Source of the DNA: Parageobacillus caldoxylosilyticus NBRC 107762
GTDB taxonomy: Bacteria; Bacillota; Bacilli; Bacillales; Anoxybacillaceae
Assembly (NCBI RefSeq): GCF_000632715.1
Contig: NZ_BAWO01000048.1
Coordinates: 6,835 to 30,834, forward strand
Direction: 5' to 3'
DNA length: 24,000 bases
Position 1 is the first letter of the stretch. The number at the start of each line of letters is the position of its first letter. Positions 7,386 to 20,361 of this stretch are shown here, one piece after another. The position numbers were made by a program, and so were the translations under genes. The notes under the pieces are model-generated. The model saw only the letters and a list, made by a program, of their open reading frames with translations, was not told where the DNA came from and made no database searches.

Positions 7386-7543
7386 TTTTGATTTCCTCTG
7401 CGGGAAGATAAAAAATCAATAAGAGAACACAAAACTTACTTTATTTAATATCAAGACGAATTTATGAAATTTAAAGATATCAAGTATTATATATATAAAT
7501 AATGATAAAGGTTTTTTATTGGAAGGAAAGGTGCTATATTATG

Positions 7544-7569
7544 AAAAAAGACCGGCATCATGCCGGCTC
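7544..7569 (-). terminator. Rho-independent terminator of the LysM/3D gene
   Basis: The minus strand reads GAGCCGGCatgatGCCGGTC followed by TTTTTT, 6 nt after the stop codon at 7575. Confidence 0.8.
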
Positions 7570-7574
7570 CTTGA

Positions 7575-8138
7575 TTATTTATATACTTTAACTTTTACTG
7601 TTCTGACACCCCATTGGATAGCTTTTGCTTTTGTAGGCATGAGTACGTCAATTTTATAGCCTCTGATTCCGCTTCCTTTATCAGCTGCAACCGCATAGCC
7701 GTAACCTTCCACATAAACTTTTGAACCTAACGGAATTACCTTTGGATCAACGGCAATTACTTTCATCGAAGGGTTTTTCTTTAAATTTAAGCCTGTAGCC
7801 GTTATTCCGCGGCAGCCTTTACAGTTTACTGTATAAGCATATGCTTTAACGGTGATTGTTTTGTACGCTGCTGTTTTGGCTGCTGCTTTTTTTACTGTAG
7901 TTTTAGCAGCCGCTTTGGTTACTGGTCCTGAAATCTTTAAAACCTGCTTTGGTTTGATCAAATCGCTTTTAAGGTTATTCCATCTCTTTAGCTGGCTGAC
8001 AGTCACTTTATACTTTTTAGCTATACCCCAAAGAGTGTCACCACTTTTTACCTGATATGTACCGGCTGCCGATGCAGCTCCTGAAAATCCGAATGCTAGA
8101 AAGATTGATGAAGTAATATATAATAGTAATTTTTTCAA
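7575..8138 (-). CDS. Secreted LysM + 3D (MltA-like/Sps) domain cell-wall-binding protein, YocH-like
   Basis: TTG start 8138 with RBS AAGGGGGG 8 nt upstream. The signal peptide is MKKLLLYITSSIFLAFGFSGAASA/AG. The LysM block is YQVKSGDTLWGIAKKYKVTVSQLKRWNNLKSDLIKPKQVLKI, followed by an A/K/T-rich linker. The C-terminal 3D-type block is ITATGLNLKKNPSMKVIAVDPKVIPLGSKVYVEGYGYAVAADKGSGIRGYKIDVLM. Confidence 0.85.
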   Translation of the reverse strand: MKKLLLYITSSIFLAFGFSGAASAAGTYQVKSGDTLWGIAKKYKVTVSQLKRWNNLKSDLIKPKQVLKISGPVTKAAAKTTVKKAAAKTAAYKTITVKAYAYTVNCKGCRGITATGLNLKKNPSMKVIAVDPKVIPLGSKVYVEGYGYAVAADKGSGIRGYKIDVLMPTKAKAIQWGVRTVKVKVYK

Positions 8139-8187
8139 GATAATAACCCCCCTTGCTTACATTCGTAACAATAGAATATCAATAAAA

Positions 8188-8204
8188 TGTAACAATTATG
8201 TTTC
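8188..8204 (+). promoter_or_regulatory. WalR(YycF)-like direct repeat upstream of the YocH-like gene
   Basis: TGTAAC-aatta-TGTTTC matches 11 of 12 specified positions of the published B. subtilis WalR consensus TGT(A/T)A(A/T/C)-N5-TGT(A/T)A(A/T/C). It lies 50-66 nt upstream of the TTG start. Additional TGTWAC-type hexamers occur at 8221-8226 and, with one mismatch, at 8165-8170. B. subtilis yocH is a known WalRK regulon member. Confidence 0.4.
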
Positions 8205-8494
8205 ATAGAATTAGTAATTATGTTACAAAATGAAGACATAATTGTATCATCTTGTTTTTTCTTGACTTTTAGTTCCTCCATCATCAGATAGACCGTAATG
8301 AACCCCTCCCACCTTCATTCCATGAAGAGGTGGGAGTTTCTTACCATCTCCATCGAAGAAGCTTCTGCTCGGAAGAAGGCGGTCTTCTTCCGCTCGATGA
8401 ATGCATCGGAAGCCTTCTTGATGGATCCAGTAAGCAACATCGGCATCACACCGATGGGGCGGTCCAACCCTTCTACTACTTCTTGCTTACGCAT

Positions 8495-8524
8495 AAAAAA
8501 GGTGCACTTCCTATCAAGTGCACC
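8495..8524 (-). terminator. Second (tandem) rho-independent terminator downstream of ssrA
   Basis: The minus strand reads GGTGCACTTgataggAAGTGCACC, a 9-bp perfect stem, followed by TTTTTTAT. Confidence 0.65.
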
Positions 8525-8548
8525 CCAACAATTGACATAGAACCAATG

Positions 8549-8581
8549 AAAAAACGGACTTGCCATTATCGGCAAATCCGT
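8549..8581 (-). terminator. Rho-independent terminator of ssrA
   Basis: The minus strand reads ACGGATTTGCCgataatGGCAAGTCCGT, an 11-bp stem with one G-U pair, followed by TTTTTT. It starts about 30 nt after the tmRNA 3' end. Confidence 0.8.
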
Positions 8582-8613
8582 TGATTTATTTTTTAAGCAT
8601 ATGATTAAGTATA

Positions 8614-8964
8614 TGGAGACGGTGGGAGTCGAACCCACGTCCAGAGATATCGCCACTTAAGCATCTACGAGCGTAGTCGGTATATTTGGTTTCGCTGCAT
8701 CTTCCGCCTACCGACAGGCCTCCGAGCAGCTAGCCTGGTTCGTCTCTTCCCTCGTCCTCAGGCGGCGGACTCGGGCGTAGCCCACTCGCTATGAGCCCCT
8801 GAACCGCCACGTGGGCGATGGCGGGAGGAGCTAGCTGCGTTTAATTAGGCAGCTAAAGCGTAGTTTTCTTTGCCAGTTATCTTTAGGTGACGTTTTTTAC
8901 GAGGACGATCCCCTCGGCTCGCAGCTTAAGCTCGATCTATCCCTGTCGAATCCGTATCGTCCCC
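8614..8964 (-). ncRNA. ssrA: tmRNA (SsrA), tag reading frame (A)GKENYALAA
   Basis: The minus-strand 5' end is GGGGACGATACGGATTCGACAGGG (from 8964). The 3' end is GGACGTGGGTTCGACTCCCACCGTCTCCA (to 8614). The acceptor stem has the G3:U70 pair, and the CCA tail is not encoded. The tag ORF GGC AAA GAA AAC TAC GCT TTA GCT GCC TAA spans 8874..8845, preceded by AAAGATAACT as in B. subtilis (AATATAACTGGCAAA...). Confidence 0.97.
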
Positions 8965-9025
8965 GTGATGGAGAAACGATGACGAATAAGCTTAAGCTTT
9001 GGATAACTGGCCATCGGCATTATTT

Positions 9026-9053
9026 ATTATAGCATAATGCATATAAAATTCAA
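9026..9053 (-). promoter_or_regulatory. Putative sigmaA promoter for ssrA (extended -10)
   Basis: The minus strand reads TTGAAT (9053..9048), a 16-nt spacer, then TGcTATAAT (-10 hexamer at 9031..9026). This lies between the smpB stop and the tmRNA 5' end and implies a leader of about 55 nt removed by processing. Confidence 0.55.
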
Positions 9054-9069
9054 TTGTGAAGTTTTGGAA

Positions 9070-9537
9070 TTAGAGTTTTTGCCGTTCGCGAAACGCGCGT
9101 TCGATTTCCCGTTGTGCTTCTCTTCGTTTCATATCTTCGCGTTTATCATATTTTTTCTTTCCTTTGCCGACACCTAACAACACTTTGGCAAAACCGTTCT
9201 TAATATATAGCTTTAACGGAACGAGCGTATAGCCTTGTTCCTTGGTGTAGCCAATCAGCTTATTAATTTCACGGCGATGAAGAAGCAGCTTTCTTGTCCG
9301 CAATGGGTCATGGTTATAACGGTTCCCTTGTTCATATGGGCTAATATGCATATTATGAAGAAATACTTCTCCTTTTTCGACTTTGGCAAATGAATCTTTT
9401 AAGTTCACTTTTCCAGCACGGATCGATTTAATTTCCGTTCCTTGCAGGACAATCCCTGCTTCATACGTTTCTTCGATAAAATAATCGTGATGCGCTTTTT
9501 TGTTTTGCGCAATCAGTTTCCCTTCACCTTTCGGCAT
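9070..9537 (-). CDS. smpB: SsrA-binding protein SmpB
   Basis: The 155-aa product [91 protein letters not shown]... is near-colinear with remembered B. subtilis SmpB. Confidence 0.97.
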   Translation of the reverse strand: MPKGEGKLIAQNKKAHHDYFIEETYEAGIVLQGTEIKSIRAGKVNLKDSFAKVEKGEVFLHNMHISPYEQGNRYNHDPLRTRKLLLHRREINKLIGYTKEQGYTLVPLKLYIKNGFAKVLLGVGKGKKKYDKREDMKRREAQREIERAFRERQKL

Positions 9538-9579
9538 ACCGCGCTCTTCCTCCTCTTATAGCGACAACTATAATTTTAG

Positions 9580-9624
9580 CAAAAAACGATAAGAAGGAAA
9601 AGTCTCCTCCTATCGAGACTTTTC
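9580..9624 (-). terminator. Stem-loop directly after the rnr stop (possible partial terminator/processing structure before smpB)
   Basis: The minus strand reads GGAAAAGTCTCgataggagGAGACTTTTCC, an 11-bp perfect stem (9596-9624), followed by TTCTTATCGTTTTTT. The T-run is not immediately adjacent, so read-through into smpB-ssrA is likely. Confidence 0.4.
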
Positions 9625-9625
9625 C

Positions 9626-11902
9626 TTATCTTTTCTTTTTCTTCTTTTTTGCTTTTAGCTGCGGAACGTCTTCATAAAACTTCTTCGTTTTTCCATTTTG
9701 TTTATTTGTTTTTTTCTGCTTTTTCCCTTCGATCACGACAGGAGCACTTTTTGCCTTTGGAGAGCGGCGGCCTTTCATACCGACAATTTCAAAATCAACG
9801 ATCCGCTCGTCTTTATTCACGTTAATGACGCGGACGGTAATCTCGTCGCCGATACGGTATACTTTTCCCGTTCGTTCGCCGACCATGGCGTAATGCCGCT
9901 CATCATAACGGTAATAGTCATCCGTTAAGTAGCTGACATGAACGAGCCCTTCGATGGTGTTCGGCAGCTCGACAAATAGACCGAAATTCGTAACGGAGCT
10001 AATAATTCCGTCAAACTCCATGCCAATCTTATCTTCCATAAACTCCGTTTTCTTCAAATCGTCTGTTTCCCGCTCGGCTTCCACCGCACGCCGTTCCATA
10101 TTGGAGGCATGTTCGGCGATATCCGGAAGTTTTTCCGCCCATTTTTGTTGCGTCTTTTCATCCATTTGCCCGTTGATCAAGTACGTGCGGATGAGACGAT
10201 GCACGATCAAGTCCGGATAACGGCGGATTGGAGAGGTAAAGTGCGTATAAAAATCGGTTGATAATCCATAGTGGCCGAGACTTTCCGCATCATAGCGAGC
10301 CTGCTTCATCGAACGAAGCATGACCGTCGAGATGACCATTTCTTCCGGCTCGCCGCGCACCGCCTCTAAAATTTCTTGGAGCGCGCGCGGATGAATTTGG
10401 TTTCCTGTTCCTTTCACGACATAGCCGAAATTCGTAATAAACTCCAGAAAGCGCTGCAGCTTTTCCGGTTTTGGATCTTCGTGCACGCGATAAATAAACG
10501 GAACGTTCAGCCAGTGGAAATGTTCAGCGACCGTTTCGTTCGCCACAAGCATAAATTCTTCAATAAGCCGTTCCGCCACCGAACGTTCGCGCAGCACGAC
10601 ATCATACGGCTTCCCGTTTTCATCGACAAGCACTTTTGCTTCTTTAAAATCGAAATCAATCGCACCGCGTTTCATCCGTTTATTGCGCAAAATTTCCGCC
10701 AGTTCCGCCATCAATTCAAACATAGGCACAAGCGGTTCGTATTTTTTTCGTAATTCTTCGTCTTTATCGACGAGAATTTTGTTCACATCCGAATACGTCA
10801 TCCGTTCCGTTGTGCGAATGACGCTTGGGAAAATTTCGTAGCTGACGACTTCTCCGCGTTCGTTAATTTCCATTTCACACGAAAGTGTCAAGCGGTCCAC
10901 TTTCGGATTTAAGGAGCAAATGCCGTTCGATAAACGGTGCGGAATCATCGGAATGACGCGGTCGACCAAATAGACGCTTGTCCCGCGTTCATATGCCTCA
11001 CGATCTATCGGCGATCCTTCTTCCACATAGTAGCTGACATCGGCGATGTGGACGCCAAGCTTGTAATTTCCATTCTCGAGCCTGGTGACCGTTACAGCGT
11101 CATCTAAATCTTTCGCGTCTTCGCCGTCAATCGTGACAATCATCTGGTCGCGCAAATCGCGGCGGCCTTGCAGGTCCTTTTCCGTAATCGTATCGGAAAT
11201 ACGGTTGGCGTGTTCGATAACTTCTTCTGGAAATTGCAAAGGAAGGCCGTATTTATGAATGATCGATAAAATATCGACACCAGGGTCATTTTTATGGCCA
11301 AGAATTTTAATGACTTCTCCTTCGGCGCTCATTCGCCCTTGCGGGTACGAGGTGAGCCGCACGACTACTTTGTGGCCTTCCACGGCGCCGTTTGCCGCAT
11401 GTTTCGGGATGAAAATATCGTTGACAATTTTCTTATCATCGGGTATGACAAAACCGAAATACTTGCTTTCCGTATAAGTTCCGACCACTTCGGTGACGCC
11501 GCGCTCTAAAATGCGCACGATCGTTCCTTCTCTGCGCGCACCTGAGGAGTCGGCATGCACGCGCACTAATACGGTATCCCCATGCATCGCATTTTTCATT
11601 TCCGACGGCGGGATGAAGATGTCATCCAGCGTCGGATCTTCCGGCACGACGAAAGCGAACCCTTTCGCGTGTCCGGACACTTTTCCGCGCACTAAGTTCA
11701 TTTTTTCCGGTACACCGTAACGATTGCTTCTCGTGCGTACGACTAGTCCTTGTTCTTCCATCGCCACCAGCGTTTTGACAAACTCTTTAAATTGTGCGGC
11801 ATCGGTAATGGCAAAAGCATTTTCCAGCTCCTGGACGGTTAACGGTTTGTATGCCTCGTCCCTCATAAACGTTAAAATTCGTTCCGCTAATGATGAATCC
11901 AT
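9626..11902 (-). CDS. rnr: Ribonuclease R (3'-5' exoribonuclease, RNB + S1 domains, K-rich tail)
   Basis: The long ORF ...[17 protein letters not shown]...[14 protein letters not shown]...[24 protein letters not shown]...[15 protein letters not shown]...[21 protein letters not shown]... is colinear with B. subtilis RNase R. The track start (TTG 11920) lies inside the RBS AAAGGAGGG. The tandem ATGs at 11905 and 11902 are the plausible starts, and I chose 11902 for its 7-nt spacing. Confidence 0.95.
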   Translation of the reverse strand: MDSSLAERILTFMRDEAYKPLTVQELENAFAITDAAQFKEFVKTLVAMEEQGLVVRTRSNRYGVPEKMNLVRGKVSGHAKGFAFVVPEDPTLDDIFIPPSEMKNAMHGDTVLVRVHADSSGARREGTIVRILERGVTEVVGTYTESKYFGFVIPDDKKIVNDIFIPKHAANGAVEGHKVVVRLTSYPQGRMSAEGEVIKILGHKNDPGVDILSIIHKYGLPLQFPEEVIEHANRISDTITEKDLQGRRDLRDQMIVTIDGEDAKDLDDAVTVTRLENGNYKLGVHIADVSYYVEEGSPIDREAYERGTSVYLVDRVIPMIPHRLSNGICSLNPKVDRLTLSCEMEINERGEVVSYEIFPSVIRTTERMTYSDVNKILVDKDEELRKKYEPLVPMFELMAELAEILRNKRMKRGAIDFDFKEAKVLVDENGKPYDVVLRERSVAERLIEEFMLVANETVAEHFHWLNVPFIYRVHEDPKPEKLQRFLEFITNFGYVVKGTGNQIHPRALQEILEAVRGEPEEMVISTVMLRSMKQARYDAESLGHYGLSTDFYTHFTSPIRRYPDLIVHRLIRTYLINGQMDEKTQQKWAEKLPDIAEHASNMERRAVEAERETDDLKKTEFMEDKIGMEFDGIISSVTNFGLFVELPNTIEGLVHVSYLTDDYYRYDERHYAMVGERTGKVYRIGDEITVRVINVNKDERIVDFEIVGMKGRRSPKAKSAPVVIEGKKQKKTNKQNGKTKKFYEDVPQLKAKKKKKKR

Positions 11903-11923
11903 CATTCTCCCTCCTTTCAACGG

Positions 11924-12664
11924 TTACCAATCTAACGATTCCAAAAACTCATAAATATCCTCATGCAGCTGTTCTTTTTCTTTATCTAGCGTAATGACAT
12001 GGCCCGACTCTTCATACCATTTGATTTTTTTCACTGGTGATTCAATGCCGTTATAAATAATATTTGCACTATCGGGATTAATCATGTCATCATGCCGCGC
12101 CTGCACGACAAATGTCGGCGCATAAATTAAATCAATATGATCGCGGACGTCGGCAATCAGCTCCTGTAGTGCTTTCAATGTACGCATCGGCGTCTTTTTA
12201 AACTCTTCCATTTCTTTTTCAATTTGCTCCGCTGTTTTTCCTTCCCGCTTTTTATATTCGCGCGCATACTCCAACACGCCTTGATACATCCTTTCCTCGC
12301 TTTTAATATACATCGGCGCGCACATTGAAATAATTCCTACTACAGGTACAGTGTAACCTAATTTCAGGGAAAATACGCCGCCAAGCGATAATCCTGCGAC
12401 CGCAATTTTTTCGTACCCTTTATTTTTTAAAAATTCATAGGCATTCATCACATCTTGCCACCAATCGTCCGGCCCAGTATGTACAAGCTCTTCCGGCGGC
12501 ACGCCGTGTCCTTTATAAATCGGTGCATGGCATGTATATCCTTTCGATTCAAGAAAACGGCCTAACATTCTGACATCCGCTGAATTTCCGGTAAAACCGT
12601 GCAGCAATAACACGGCACGCTCCCCTGCTTCAAAGAAAAATGGCTTTGGTGGAACAATCTTCAT
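11924..12664 (-). CDS. est: Carboxylesterase, Est30/YvaK family (alpha/beta hydrolase, GLSLGG)
   Basis: The 246-aa product [72 protein letters not shown]...AVAGLSLGG... is nearly identical over long stretches to remembered Geobacillus stearothermophilus Est30. Confidence 0.95.
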   Translation of the reverse strand: MKIVPPKPFFFEAGERAVLLLHGFTGNSADVRMLGRFLESKGYTCHAPIYKGHGVPPEELVHTGPDDWWQDVMNAYEFLKNKGYEKIAVAGLSLGGVFSLKLGYTVPVVGIISMCAPMYIKSEERMYQGVLEYAREYKKREGKTAEQIEKEMEEFKKTPMRTLKALQELIADVRDHIDLIYAPTFVVQARHDDMINPDSANIIYNGIESPVKKIKWYEESGHVITLDKEKEQLHEDIYEFLESLDW

Positions 12665-12743
12665 GATGCATAACTCCTTTCATTTTATAACAAATAGAAA
12701 AGGCAGCCCGAATCAATTGATGGACCGCCCCATTGTTTTTCCA

Positions 12744-12977
12744 TTAAAGTTGCACATACGTTACAGCAATCGTCAAGGCAAAAAACAATACTGCCAATAC
12801 TACGGTAATGCGCTGAAACACCGCATCCAGCCCGCGCGCTTTTTGCTTCCCGAACAGTTGTTCAGCGCCGCCAGTAATCGCGCCGGAAAGCCCCGCGCTT
12901 CTTCCTGATTGCAACAAAACGATCACGATAAGCGCAATCGAAACAATGACTAACAAAGTGACAAGCAACGTATGCAT
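12744..12977 (-). CDS. secG: Preprotein translocase subunit SecG (77 aa)
   Basis: ORF 12744..13064 trimmed to ATG 12977 (RBS AAAGGAGGAG 6 nt upstream). [77 protein letters not shown] has the typical two-TM SecG layout with the GGAEQLFG loop. Confidence 0.93.
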   Translation of the reverse strand: MHTLLVTLLVIVSIALIVIVLLQSGRSAGLSGAITGGAEQLFGKQKARGLDAVFQRITVVLAVLFFALTIAVTYVQL

Positions 12978-13069
12978 GCCTACTCCTCCTTTAAAACACG
13001 CCCTACAATGCTTCCAGTTTATCACAAACGCGGGACTTGCACAATAGGGATAAGGAGCACGCATTATTT

Positions 13070-13078
13070 ATTATAGCA
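13070..13078 (-). promoter_or_regulatory. Extended -10 element (TGcTATAAT) of a putative secG promoter
   Basis: The minus strand reads TGCTATAAT about 90 nt upstream of the secG ATG. The -35 is poor (TTTTGG/TTTGGT) but is preceded by a T-run. The 18-nt core TGCTATAATAAATAATGC is identical to the ssrA promoter core (see findings). Confidence 0.45.
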
Positions 13079-13155
13079 AAATTGTTCTTAAACCAAAAAA
13101 ATATAGCCTTCCTTTATCTCTCATATAGGATAGGACGGTTTTTTGGTCATGAAAA

Positions 13156-14658
13156 TCAATTTTGCTTTCCTTTCTCCCAAACATCTCTTTCTTTGCCGAA
13201 CGGATCGGCTTCGACGCGGCTTGACGTGCCAAAAATCATTGCTGCTCTCTTGTTAAAGTCATAAACCGGCCATTCTTCCGGTAGCTGATCATGATTAGGA
13301 TTTCCATTGCGCGCAAACGAAATCCATGCATCATGCATCTGTTTACTGATCTGTTCTCGTTCCGGCAAATCTCCTGTAAAATGCGTGATTCCTGGCTGAT
13401 GAAGGTTGCCGAACACAAATGGCAATTCAAGCGCATGGCATGCTTTCAATTTGCCGCCCATGATTGGCGTTTCATAATCAAAGCGATACATCCAGACGTT
13501 TGCCCCTTGTTCCACTTGATAATCAGCAGTGCGTAACATGCCATTGGTAAATACGCGGTAAGTCATGATGCGCAGCAGTTTTTGCCATATTGGCTCCGCT
13601 TCATCTCCTTGATGCAGATAATAATCGACAACCTCGCGTGGAACGGGACCGACTTCTTTGTTGATGCGCTTGAGAAGCTCTTGTTCGCTAAGCGCAGTCC
13701 ATGAAGGGTCTGTCAGTGTAAACAAGTTATATTCGTCTTTCGTGACGCCAATGATCATCGAAATATCGCGTGCCGCTCCTTCTTTCAGCGCTTCAATCGG
13801 ATGATTTGGCAATGTTTTTCCGTCTATCACCGGTCCGTAAGACACTTGCGGGCCAAGCGACAGCGCGGCTTGAAGCAGCTCTTCTGCCGGAATCGTTAGC
13901 AATCGGTCACGATCCCCGGGGCGAATGCCGGCTTGATGAAGCACTTTCTCTGCCTTTTCACTCGCCTTGGCAGCAGAATTCAACAAAAGCGCTCCTGAAC
14001 CGCTTTGTAAAATCGCTTGTTGAAATAAGCCTTTTGCCTCAGGCATGGCTAACAACGTTCCAACGCTTGCAGCTCCTGCCGATTCGCCAAAAATCGTAAC
14101 TTGTTTTGGATCGCCTCCAAACGCCTCAATATTTTCTTGCACCCATCGCAATGCCGCTATTTGGTCAAGAATGCCGCAATTTCCGGAAGCAGTGTAGTCT
14201 TCCCCAAATAAATCCGCCAAATGCAGAAAGCCAAATACGTTCAACCGGTAATTGATCGTTACGACAACAACATCACCGTTAGCGGCAAAAGCCGTTCCGT
14301 CATACCAAGGAGTCGACCCTGAACCAAACAAAAACGCTCCTCCATGAATCCACACCATTACGGGACGTTTCTTGCCGTCCGCCCCCGGAGACCAAATGTT
14401 AAGGAACAAACAATCTTCGCTTTTAGGTTCCGTGGTGCGTCCCAATACCCCCCCAAACAGCAAACCATCTGGCTGCATCGCAACTGCACCAAACGTTGTG
14501 GCGTCGCGCACTCCCGTCCAAGGCTCAGGCGGCTGCGGCGGCTGGAAGCGAAGTTCTCCTACCGGCGCTTTTGCGTACGGAACTCCTTTCCAATAGTAAA
14601 CGCTTTCATTTTTGCCCCCTTGCAATTTTCCATAGCGCGTTTCGACTATGGTGTTCAT
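13156..14658 (-). CDS. pnbA: Type-B carboxylesterase (Est55/PnbA-like)
   Basis: The product MNTIVETRYGKLQG...WKGVPYAKAPVGELRF...EDCLFLNIWSP...VMVWIHGGAFLFGSG...TIFGESAGAASV... carries the carboxylesterase type-B signatures (nucleophile GESAG). It is colinear with remembered G. stearothermophilus Est55. ATG 14658 is preferred over the track TTG 14661, with RBS GAGGTGGA 6 nt upstream. Confidence 0.93.
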   Translation of the reverse strand: MNTIVETRYGKLQGGKNESVYYWKGVPYAKAPVGELRFQPPQPPEPWTGVRDATTFGAVAMQPDGLLFGGVLGRTTEPKSEDCLFLNIWSPGADGKKRPVMVWIHGGAFLFGSGSTPWYDGTAFAANGDVVVVTINYRLNVFGFLHLADLFGEDYTASGNCGILDQIAALRWVQENIEAFGGDPKQVTIFGESAGAASVGTLLAMPEAKGLFQQAILQSGSGALLLNSAAKASEKAEKVLHQAGIRPGDRDRLLTIPAEELLQAALSLGPQVSYGPVIDGKTLPNHPIEALKEGAARDISMIIGVTKDEYNLFTLTDPSWTALSEQELLKRINKEVGPVPREVVDYYLHQGDEAEPIWQKLLRIMTYRVFTNGMLRTADYQVEQGANVWMYRFDYETPIMGGKLKACHALELPFVFGNLHQPGITHFTGDLPEREQISKQMHDAWISFARNGNPNHDQLPEEWPVYDFNKRAAMIFGTSSRVEADPFGKERDVWEKGKQN

Positions 14659-14751
14659 CAACGATCCACCTCTTTTCCCAATTATTAGAATGTTCTTAAA
14701 AAATATAAACGAAGCAAGACATGGCCGTCAAATTTTCTGCTTTCTTCATAT

Positions 14752-14785
14752 AAAAAAGCACCTAGCGATCACTCGGTTAGGTGCT
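14752..14785 (-). terminator. Rho-independent terminator downstream of the YjdF-family gene
   Basis: The minus strand reads AGCACCTAaccgagtgatcgcTAGGTGCT followed by TTTTTTATAT. Two further short hairpins (GTTTGCCatcttGGCAAAC and CAAACAGatgtCTGTTTG on the plus strand, 14788-14820) lie between it and the stop at 14826. Confidence 0.65.
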
Positions 14786-14825
14786 TGGTTTGCCATCTTG
14801 GCAAACAGATGTCTGTTTGATTTGA

Positions 14826-15236
14826 TTATTTTCCGCGGTGTTTCGCTTTTGCTTTAAGGCGCTTAAGCTCTCTTTTTCGCTCCATAAGAGCTTGGCGTTG
14901 TTCCTTTCGCAATACCTTTCTCTCTTTTTTACGATGTTCCAATTCTAGCTTAAGGGCGGTTTGTGCGTAGGTGGAAAACGACCGCTCTTTTATTTCTTTT
15001 GCCGCTTCTCGCTGTATCCGTTTCGGGTTTTTACGCCGTTGCAGTTGTGCAGGGATAACAGCGGCTGTATGGCATTGGTTCAATAACGCGAGCATCGGTC
15101 CATTGACAAACGCCAACACTTCTTCCGATTTCGGTTCAGAACCAAACACGTAGCGGACCGCTTTTAAGGTCTCATTTTCCTTCTGTTCCACCACCCCAAC
15201 CCAAAATTGGCCATCGTAAAAAACCGTCAGCTTCAT
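14826..15236 (-). CDS. yjdF: YjdF-family (DUF2992-like) small basic protein
   Basis: The 136-aa product is MKLTVFYDGQFWVGVVEQKENETLKAVRYVFGSEPKSEEVLAFVNGPM... with a K/R/E-rich C-terminal half ending KAKAKHRGK. The RBS AAAGGAGGGA lies 6 nt upstream. The N-terminal MKLT..YDGQFWVG..FGSEP pattern is what I remember for B. subtilis YjdF-type proteins. The family assignment is from memory, not a search. Confidence 0.7.
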   Translation of the reverse strand: MKLTVFYDGQFWVGVVEQKENETLKAVRYVFGSEPKSEEVLAFVNGPMLALLNQCHTAAVIPAQLQRRKNPKRIQREAAKEIKERSFSTYAQTALKLELEHRKKERKVLRKEQRQALMERKRELKRLKAKAKHRGK

Positions 15237-15356
15237 GAAAGGTCCCTCCTTTAGAAATTGCCAACAGCGATGGACATCCCAAGGAGGGGAAGATTACTGA
15301 CACTCGTTTCCGAGTGCGCCCGGACTACCAACCGGGACTGTGTTTTTACGCTGTCT
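15237..15356 (-). promoter_or_regulatory. Structured 5' leader with an RBS-sequestering helix; candidate yjdF-class riboswitch
   Basis: On the minus strand, downstream of a perfect TATAAT (15368..15363), I see an outer helix ACAGCG...CGCTGT. Inside it are the local hairpins CCCGGttggtagtCCGGG and CACTCGgaaaCGAGTG (GAAA loop). The segment CCCTCCTT is perfectly complementary to the RBS AAGGAGGG of the downstream gene. Confidence 0.5.
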
Positions 15357-15416
15357 ACGTTTATTATACGTACTGCATCCACTCATATGGAAGCCGTTCT
15401 TTGCTATTTTCTATCG

Positions 15417-15449
15417 AAAAAAGACCTAACCGCTCACCGGTTAGGTCTT
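15417..15449 (-). terminator. Rho-independent terminator of eno (symmetrical, potentially bidirectional)
   Basis: The minus strand reads AAGACCTAACCGgtgagCGGTTAGGTCTT, a 12-bp perfect stem (15421-15449), followed by TTTTTTCG. It starts 7 nt after the eno stop. Confidence 0.88.
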
Positions 15450-15455
15450 ACTTCA

Positions 15456-20277
<4,822 letters not shown>

Positions 20278-20361
20278 GGCCCTATGCCCCCTTTTTGATG
20301 ATATCATTCCCACAAACGAAGAGGAGTGGGGATCATTCCCCCGCTCCCCCTCCACCATCCT

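Noticed and set aside
7440-7482. Short direct repeat ATATCAAG (two copies, offset 28 nt) in the AT-rich spacer upstream of the lipase fragment.
   Set aside because: This is an 8-mer in extremely AT-rich DNA, with no flanking structure, ORF or inverted repeat to suggest a mobile-element end or binding site.
8322-8337. Possible duplicated tmRNA 3'-end fragment (att-site remnant). ATGAAGA-GGTGGGAGT resembles ATGGAGACGGTGGGAGT at 8612-8628.
   Set aside because: Only 9 nt (GGTGGGAGT) match exactly. The rest needs a gap and a mismatch. The putative island would be only ~280 bp with no cargo or integrase. The match is also explained by it forming one arm of a local hairpin.
8454-8466. The 13-mer ATGGGGCGGTCCA is repeated in inverted orientation at 12721-12733, between secG and est.
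   Set aside because: By rough calculation, several exact 13-mer matches are expected by chance in a 24-kb window read on both strands. There is no extended similarity around either copy.
8298-8656. Track ORFs 8298..8540 (+), 8330..8584 (+) and 8315..8656 (-) as protein-coding genes.
   Set aside because: They overlap one another and the tmRNA and its terminators. None has a Shine-Dalgarno sequence, and none has recognisable protein features. The region is treated as non-coding or degenerate (see finding).
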